From assembly GCA_951406725.2 (NCBI GenBank), contig OX597829.1, forward strand, positions 31,310,001 to 31,374,000: a stretch of DNA of 64,000 nucleotides. Direction: 5' to 3'. Both the position numbers and the translations under genes were made by a program. The notes below the pieces were generated by a model. It saw only the letters and a program-made list of their open reading frames with translations, did no database searches and had not been told where the DNA came from. How positions within the stretch are numbered: position 1 is the stretch's first letter; every line of letters begins with the position of its first letter. Of this stretch, positions 55,214-64,000 are shown piece by piece. The stretch is from Octopus vulgaris. Its lineage: Eukaryota.

Positions 55214-56400
55214 GGTGTCCTGTCAATTAAGTGACGGCAATTTGTCGTCGTTTAATTTGTCCTCGGTCAATTTGTCTCCCGGTCAATTAGCCGTCAGTCA
55301 ATTCGTCGAGATCATAGGAAAAACGGGAGAATGAATATCTGAATTAAAAAGCGTTTATTTTAAAGTTTGCTATATAACATATAACATACTTTTTTCCTAA
55401 AATTTAGAAAAAGAAATTTTAGCTTGGATCATATTTTTCTATGACATTTTTATACGCACGTTCATATCTCTATATTTTTTCTTTTGACTTGATTCTTCTC
55501 CTGGCATAAACTTTTGCAGTTTGGTATTGGTAAACCTTTCTTTACGTTTAATCACGTCAAAAAGTTTCCAAATACTTGGAGAGCAGCTAACTCAAGGATC
55601 CGCTTTGAACGGACAAACTCTAGATATGCTACTGCATCAACTACAATATTCCTAAAGTTAGCCGTGATCGAATCTTCATTAAATAACAGAATACAATCTT
55701 TTGTAAATTGTAATTTCAGTCATGAAAATAACGACTAAACGAAGACATTGAACATTATGTCACAATTCTATGCATCTCCACTAGACAAAGTAAATTGGTA
55801 CTGTTTACTGGGAGAAAAGCATTAGAGATTCATTTATTTCCACATACGACAATGATTACTTGAATTTGAAACAACCAATCATCCAAGTTCTTTTTATAGA
55901 ACTAGATATTGCTCAAAGAAATACAGTCTTAGCAGCGATTTTCCTTTCATTACTTTGCACTATTTACAACTGCTGGAAAATTAGAGTCTCCTTAGCAATG
56001 AGCATAGAAACGTTTTCATGAAGCAATCTATACCAACAGACAAAACTGTCATTTTTATGCCGGTGCCAACCATATCTACTGATTTTCGCCAACGAAGGAG
56101 GAAACTTGCCGCAACTGCAAAAAAAGAGGACAATTTTCACCAGCATGTCTAATCAAAAAGAGCAACCATTCGAATAGTACTGCTGGTATCATAGGTAAGG
56201 ATGTTGGCAAGAATTTTTCACAACGCATCCCGACAAGATCTTCGAATTGGCCTGGTGACTATCTCTTCATCTTTCTGTATTTCAAGCTTCTCTTTGTGTG
56301 TATGTGTGTGTATGATTTTTAAAATAAAAGGTGCATTTGCATGTTTTAACTTGCATTACTCTATGTACGATTTCCCTTAACGATAGAACACTGTTACTTT
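55214..56400 (-). mobile_element. Decayed Mutator-like (MULE) element end
   Basis: Terminal ~15-bp subrepeats GGTCAATTTGTC (55214-55310); minus-strand PSIWKLFDVIKRKE resembles the MULE C-terminal motif. Confidence 0.5.
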
Positions 56401-56670
56401 TAAACTGAGAGGATCTTTAAAAAAAAAAAAAATCATGCTGTTGATACACTTGTTCCTATGCTATTGAACTTTCATATTTTCCCAGTCTATGATCTGAAAC
56501 CAGTTGTCATTAAATCTCATCACTTTTACGTACTTGAGGAAACTTTTATTAAGAAAGAAAGAGAATAAATAGTTTCTGGACGTTGGTATTTCTAAACCTT
56601 CAAGCCACTCAGTGGAACACACAAGTAGTAGGAGTAATAACATTGACGAGCAACGTCTGATTATCAACTA

Positions 56671-57056
56671 CTAGCAGTATCGCCCGGCGTTGCTCGGGTT
56701 TGTTTCGAACCTTTAGAGTTGGAATTTTTGAAAAGTAAAAATTTTGCATTATGTAGCTTGTTATTCTCTTTAAGTGAACATTTTTCTGGTTGAAATACAC
56801 CGAAAAATGGCGACACAGCAGTCAAAAAATCGTAAAAAATAAGGATTTTCATAGAAAAAAAGCACCTTTTTGATGTAAATAATTTTTGGTGTTAACATGG
56901 TCCGATTTGAATTTTTTCTTCTACGGAAGGAAGAGCAAGCCTTCTTCTATCATACTCTCAATTTTGGTCAACTTGCACCGCAGAGTCTCGGAGGAGATAG
57001 TGTTATTTGAAGGCTACCAAACCTGCCATACACAGACAACTTCAGCTTTATATAGA
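56671..57056 (-). mobile_element. Non-autonomous Helitron
   Basis: Minus strand A|TCTATATAAAG...hairpin CCCGAGCAACGCCGGG...CTAG|T. Confidence 0.85.
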
Positions 57057-57161
57057 TTTACAAACAGTAAACAACTACTGCTTTCTAAGAGCCGTTCCAC
57101 TTGCTAATATCGAAGATCTTGTGCGTTCGATTTCCTGCAATGAATTACACACACACATACA

Positions 57162-57216
<55 letters not shown>

Positions 57217-58692
57217 CAAGATTTAAAAGCAAGCACATTCCACTGAAAAGATAAGAAATACACAGCCTCTCAAGTTGATGTACGTTTATTCCAATTTATG
57301 AAGGTACCCTGAAGTGTAACTTATGCCAAATGCACTTACCAAAAGAGAGTAATGAACGGTATAGTTACCAACAGTAACATCAAAGGTGTTTACACCCATC
57401 TTGATGATGTTTACTTTTTTGGGAAAAAACTATCAAGGAAAACGACTAAGGACTTAGTTAAACTTTTGCCAGCCTTTAAAAGTCTCGTCTCAAAATACTA
57501 AATATTACTTTTTAACAATTGCAAATGTCTTCCTCGTCAAACATTCATTTGATATCTAGTGTCTAAAATTCGCTGAAATCGGACCCTTTACTTAACCACT
57601 CGATACTTAGCAATGCCAAACAACCTCAACGGGTATTAGGTTCGTCTAGTTTCTGCACTAAATGAGTAGCTTCTTTCTCAGCACTAATTTACTCATGCTA
57701 ATTTTTTATTTCTCCATAGCGAAAATGCTTCCTAGATGCTATTTGCCTCTTAAAACTTTCCATAATATCTAATCTCTCTCTTTCTCTTTCTCCCCCGCTT
57801 CTCTATCATTATCTTGCCTTAAGTTCCACTATATGTTGAAACTGATGCCCCTGGAACTATAATTTCATGTATTATAACAAACCCGTTCTTTCTCTAGAAC
57901 TCTTAGTTAGCTTAAACAAAATCTACCATCAATTAGAAGTATTAGAAAACGCGATTTTTTTTACTTTGAAGTCATTACACATTACACGCTCACACATAGA
58001 ATTCTCAAAATAGTTCACAAAAGTAAAGAAAAAAACGGAGAATGGTAAAATTCTTCTTTGACTCAGAACTGTCATGGCTGTTTGAATTCAGAGAAATTTT
58101 ACAGAAACAGTTTAATCCAAACAACAAATATTACCCAAACACCAATCGCAGTAAATTAATTGACGCTAAACATCATTTCTCTGCTCATATAAACTAACAA
58201 GATTGTCTAAAGAACGAACTGGGTTGTTCAGTGTCAATTCCGTTATTGAAGAGAAAATTCTTACCAATCGTCATTTATCATTGTTCTGCAAAGATACTGA
58301 AAGTATCGGAGAGACTAAATCCTTAAAGCACTTGTTAATATTAAAAATTGCTAATTCTGTTTGCTCTGAATGCGTAACGTCTCTTTGTGCTAGTCATAAT
58401 GAAGTTGACTGTTTTAGATGTATTTAACAATCTCTTCTCGGCAACTGTTTGTCGTTACCACGACATCACTGTTGGCTGGGTAAATATTGACTCGGTGTGT
58501 ATATGTTGATTATAGAAGAGTACAGTTGACTGGAGAAATGGTCACTGCGTATTTGATGGTAACTGCACAGATAGAAACTGCAAGTGAATATTCATTAATA
58601 AAGAACACTGTGTAGATGTTGAATAGATAGACAGACGCAGCGTGTAGTAGGTGAGAGTATTTGGGTGATAAACGATGTGAATACGTTATCTA

Positions 58693-60311
58693 CAGTGGCG
58701 CCATCTAATTTGAGGACGCCAGTATACTAATGTTAAAATGGCATTTTATATATATTCAAGTTGTAAATTGTGAATTAAGATGTGTAACAAAATAAAGAAA
58801 CTTTCATGGGCTTTAATATGGTATACAACTTTACAGCATGAAATTTTAAATTAAAAATAAATCTTAATTATCGTAATTTATAGCGCCATTTGATTTAAGA
58901 ACGTTTTATAAAATTTCATTTTTTTTTTTGGCTTTAAACATTTATTCTGAGATCAACAAAATAACAATCAGTATTTGGTTGGTTACCTAAAATTACTCAA
59001 TACAGTTTTGCATCTGCAAAACATAAAATTGTTCAGATCATTTATCACTGTTCCTGAGATTTTTTCCCAATTTTGGTTAATAATGTTTAAAAAGATCATC
59101 CTTATTCTTTGGCTTACTATTTTGCACAGCTCTACTCACCCTTTTCCTAAGATTTTTGATGAGATTTAGGTCGGGCGACTGTGCTGGCCACTGCATCAAC
59201 CAAACTCTCTTAGACCTAATGTAATCTGGGTAGGTGCGAGATGTGTTTCGGGTCGTTGTGTAGGCTGGAAAGTCCAAAATTGGCCCAAATGCTTTCGGGC
59301 GTATGGAAGCATAGTCTTATCCAATACTTCTAGATAGGACTATGCATAATGCCATTGATTCAGATTATAGGACCGACGCCTTTTTCAGACATGCACCCCC
59401 CACACCATCACGCTTCCATCACCATGCTTAGATGTAGGCTGGATGCATTTTGGATGATATTCTTCGCCCATATGCATTCTTACATACTTCTTGCCACCAC
59501 TGCTGAACAAGTTGAACTTTGACTTGTCCGACTACAATACATTCGACCAATCTGCTGGACTCCAATACAAGTGCTCTTTTGCGAACTGTATTCGGGCACG
59601 TCGGTCTTTCAAATAAATGTATGGCTTTTTGCGAGAGACTCTTCCAAGAAGTCCAAATTCTTTGAGACGGTTTTTTATGGTGAATACTCCAATAGTAAGT
59701 CCATATTTTTGTTGAATTTCTTTTTAAATGTCAACAGCGGTCATTTCCCCCCCTTTTTTTTTATAGGGACAGTCTGTGAATGTATCTATCCATTCTTGCT
59801 GTCGTTTTTCTTGGCTGCCCAGAAAGAGCAGTCTTTATAATCATTACTTTCTTTATAAAGATGGACAGCATTGTAGACAGCTGTTTTAGAGGGTCCAACT
59901 TTATTTGAAATAGTTTTATATGACCATTTCAGCCTACTAAGCTGAAAAACGCTTGCTCTGATTTCTGGTGTTACATTTTGTCTCTTACCCAGCACAACTA
60001 TTAAATAACTTAAAAATTGCAACAGCATGCAAATTAGCCTACCTTTATATTAGTCAATAAGGCAAAAAAACGAAATTTTGCAATTCGTTTTTAAGTGGCG
60101 ATGTAAATTACGCAAAATGAAGTTTATTTTTAATTTAAAATCAATGTTGATGTTACGCTGTAAAGTTGTATACCATATTAAAGCTCGTAAAATTTTCTTT
60201 ATTATGATATATATCTGATATACAATATATAAATATACAACTTGAATATATAAAAAAAATGCCATTTTAAACATTAGTATACTAGAAATTTAAAATTAAA
60301 TGGCGCCACTA
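58693..60311 (-). mobile_element. Tc1-like (DD34E) transposon with long TIRs, pseudogenised
   Basis: TA-flanked CAGTGGCGCCAT TIRs over 200 bp; GKRQNVTPEIR HTH, RKKP, W..VL.SDKSKFNLF, KHGDGSVMVWG, WPAQSPDLNLIKNL. Confidence 0.93.
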
Positions 60312-60351
60312 TAGATAGATAGTTACAATGTGTAAACGTTGACTTATTGAG

Positions 60352-60635
60352 CGGTGATTGCTAAAGTGGGCGGTACTGCTCCCCGCCCCCAATAGGGGCG
60401 GTGGAAAGAACCAGGGAGGTGTTGAAGAAAAGTGGGGCGATAAAAAGGAGCGTTTGATGTAAACACAACAAAATAATGGAATAAATAGGTTAAGTTTTAT
60501 TTGTGCAATACAGTTTTTTATGAATTAGCTGCAGAAAGTGGATTACGTTTCGGATGGTGAATGGGGTTGGGAGCACTAGGAATGTGGCCCGAGTACCGAG
60601 GGGACAACAGCCCTGAAAAAGTTTTGAAACCACTG
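60352..60635. mobile_element. hAT/Charlie-like MITE, decayed
   Basis: cggtgattgctaaagt ... gttttgaaaccactg TIR-like ends; 8-bp TSD not evident. Confidence 0.55.
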
Positions 60636-60665
60636 GTACAGGAAGACACAGTAAATAGAGGTTGA

Positions 60666-60730
<65 letters not shown>

Positions 60731-60777
60731 TAGATAGATAGATAGATAGATAGATAGGTAGGTAGGTAGATAGAGAT

Positions 60778-60953
<176 letters not shown>

Positions 60954-60974
60954 GCTGACAGACAGACAGATAGA

Positions 60975-63736
60975 TATGTTTCTTTTTAATTAAGATTTAT
61001 TTTTAATTTAAAATTTCACGCTGTAAAGTTGTATACCATATTAAAGCCCATGAAAGTTTCTTTATTAGCCACAGACGGGACAAATTACAAAGTAGAGCTT
61101 TTCTTTTTGGGAAAGAAAAAAAAGTGGGGTAGATTTTCGATCAAAAGAAAGAAAAAAAACGATCAATAGGGATCGTGTATCATAGAAATGTCATGATGTA
61201 AAGTGTAAAGGGGGAAGCAGATAAGATTTATCCATGGAAAGAAAAGCCTACGAAAAAGACCACGGTAACCTCGGTCATTAGTGTCACATGTTAACACATT
61301 TATTTTCAAGCAAGTCACTCTCTGTTTTAAATGTTTCAGGAGTCATAGGATTATGCTCAAGGTGGCTTCGTCATTCATACGTGCAATCCTTGCTACATTC
61401 ACCCATCTTTTTTTGAAACATTCGCTAGACAAAACTTCCCTCTCTACTCTCACCTTCCTTTCCAAGTGATACTTGATGAAGTTGATGAGAGATTGACCAG
61501 AAAGGAAAGTGTTTGTCTCTAATCCTTTCAGACGCGTCCACCAGATACATTCTTTCGCCATAGCCACAAGTATGATGAAAATAGCTCTTCCTTCCCGTTT
61601 GAAGGAAGGAGGCGTGACGATATTGAAGATAGACTCGGCTGATAAACCGACACGTCCCACACGTGACAGCAGTCGTTCGACATAAGCCTACAGGTCGGAA
61701 ATGGTTGGACACTGCACGAGCGTGTGCAGAACGGTTTCGTCGCTCTGACCGCATCTCGGGCAGGTCGGCCCCGTGTTTCTCGAGCCGTGTCTGTAGAGCT
61801 TATCCCGAACGGGTAGCGCTTCTCGATAGCACTGCCAGGCTAGAGATCTCCATAGTTGTCCTGGCCGAAAGTCGTCCTGAACAGACGGGTCAGGTATTCC
61901 TCGTCGACGCCCAGGTTCGCCCCGAGCTCGTCGTCGTACATCCCCTCCACTAATCCCCTATAGAATGCTTTGGTTGTGTTGAAGTCGCTCAAGATCGACA
62001 TGGGACGGCATAGTTGCTTGAGAGCAGCGCGACACTCGCGGTACCATTCGCCCTTCCTCGGCCCCTTTTTGATCCACGACTGCAGTTCGGTCATGGAGAC
62101 GAGTTGCGGGAAAGCGTGCCTCACAAACGGCGACCACACCTGTTTACCGTCGTCTACGTAGAGCCGGAGATGTCGACGTCTCAGCGCGTGTCTGCGCATC
62201 ATTAACCACGGCATACCCAATCCTCCTTTCAACGGGTGTTGGCAGCAAATGGATCGCCTGACCATCGGGACGCATCCTTTCCACAAGAAGCGGAAGGGAA
62301 TGCGTTCTAGTTTGGTGATGGTAGGGTCGGGACAAGGCACGACGGTCAGGCGGTAGTAGATGACGGATGCGATGTACGCGTTCGCCAGCTCCGCCCGGCC
62401 CTTTAGAGACAATTTCCTCTCGGCCCATTGCCGGGCCAGAGTGACCACCCTACTCGTTATCTCGTTCCAGTTCTTCTCCATTTGGAGGTCCGGACCAAAG
62501 CACACCCCGAGCAACTCGACCTGACCGTCGGTCCAGCGTGTCACGACGGAGATGCTGGTGGATGGCATGGGCTTGCTTCTCCAGGTGCCGAGCCGCAAGC
62601 CCACTGACTTTTCCCGGTTGATTTTCGCTCCTGTCACCGCTTCGTAGTCTTGCAGTGTCTCGTCGACCAGCTCGATGTGCTCGTAGCTAGATACTATGAC
62701 GGTAACGTCGTCCGCGTATGCAGACACGCTCGTCCCGCATCCCAATTCTCGCGGGATGCCCCCCAGAGTCGCCAGCTTCCGCAGTAATGGCTCGAGAGTC
62801 AATACTTATAGAAGCGACGAGAGGGGGCATCCCTGACGGACCGAACGTGCAATGTCGAAAGGTATAGATAGATGTCCATTAATGCGAATTACCGAATGGA
62901 TACCTCTGTACAAACCAGCCATGCAGCCGCGGAAGACGGAACCGAAACCAGCCGCTCTGAGGACAGCCTCCAAGTATCGATGGTCTACCCTATCGAAAGC
63001 TTTAGATTGATTCAAATTGATCAGGGCCCCACCCATGCCAGGTTCCTTAACTACCCAATGATGTTGAGCATCAGATGGAGGTTGTCATGGATGCTCCGGC
63101 CCAGCACGGCGCACGTTTGCGTCTTGTCGACCAGTTTCTCGATGACAAGCGCCAACCTCTTGGCTAACACCTTGGCCAAAATTTTCGAGTCTGCATTAAG
63201 TAGAGTGATGGGACTAAAGTTATCTATTACGTCCCCCTTGTTTAGATCTTTCTTCAGCAGTGTTACGGCTCCTCGGCTCACAAAACCATGGATGACCCCG
63301 TTTTGCTGCCAGTTGCAGTACACCGCTGCCAAGACGTCTCCAAACAAGTCTGGCATACAACTGTAAAGCTTGTAGGGTAGACTATCGAAACCCGGCGATT
63401 TGTCCCTCGAGCATTCTGCCATCGTCTCCTGCACTTCCGCCGTCGTGATGGCACCTTCGCAGCGCCCTGCCTCTCTTGTCGAAAGTCGTGGCAGGCTGTC
63501 TAGGTAGGCACTGAAGTCCACCCTACGTTCTTACCCGCCACTCGTCCCGAACAATCGAGCAAAATGCTGTTGAAAGGCCTCACACATTTTACTTGGCTCG
63601 AGTAATTCGCGCCCCTGTTCATCTACCAGAGACCGAATGGTGGCTTTGTTGCCCTGTTGCGCCTTTGTCACCTGGGCCTCTCGCGCGGCTCCAATACCTT
63701 CGTTCCTTAGATCACGCATCCTAGCTTCTGACAACA
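60975..63736 (-). mobile_element. Tx1-clade LINE, 5'-truncated ORF2 (RT plus C-terminal domain), in (GATA/GACA)n
   Basis: KSPGFDSLP, NFSPITLLNADSKILAK, SKAFDRV, SVRQGCPLS, AYADD, LSLKGRA, GGLGMP; a few stops and frameshifts; microsatellite on both flanks. Confidence 0.95.
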
Positions 63737-63748
63737 TAGATAAATAGA

Positions 63749-63841
<93 letters not shown>

Positions 63842-63849
63842 GGATAGAT

Positions 63850-63884
<35 letters not shown>

Positions 63885-63943
63885 AAGACAGACAGACAGA
63901 TAGACAGATAGATAGATAGATAGATAGATATGTAGATAGATAT

Positions 63944-64000
<57 letters not shown>

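Noticed and set aside
61840-62802. Active reverse transcriptase gene
   Set aside because: Adjacent in-frame stops and frameshifts, and a 5' truncation removing the endonuclease.

Overview
AT-rich, repeat-dense animal genomic DNA, very probably from an octopus (coleoid cephalopod). This is inferred from three abundant tRNA-derived SINE families and the microsatellite spectrum. I found no intact host protein-coding gene, RNA gene or CRISPR array; nearly all long ORFs in the track are microsatellite translations or decayed transposon frames. Positions 1-11 kb are CpG-depleted and the first ~4.6 kb is repeat-free, consistent with a methylated gene body or long 3'UTR. Positions 13-64 kb are a CpG-retaining nest of transposon remnants: Tx1-clade, R4/Dong-clade and RTE LINEs, a Penelope-like element, a Gypsy remnant with LTR and PPT, Tc1/mariner/pogo elements and MITEs, a MULE, a hAT MITE and two Helitrons. 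The most notable pattern is apparent partitioning of microsatellites as retrotransposon targets: a Tx1-clade LINE sits in (TATC)n/(GATA)n arrays in a fixed orientation, while Dong-like LINEs and an unclassified non-coding element sit in (TAA)n arrays. Several junctions record insertion or repair events (a twin-priming-like 5' inversion, a templated insertion copied from a neighbouring TIR, fold-back duplications). There are also several hammerhead-ribozyme-like motifs. Coordinates and identities were read by eye, and element boundaries are approximate.
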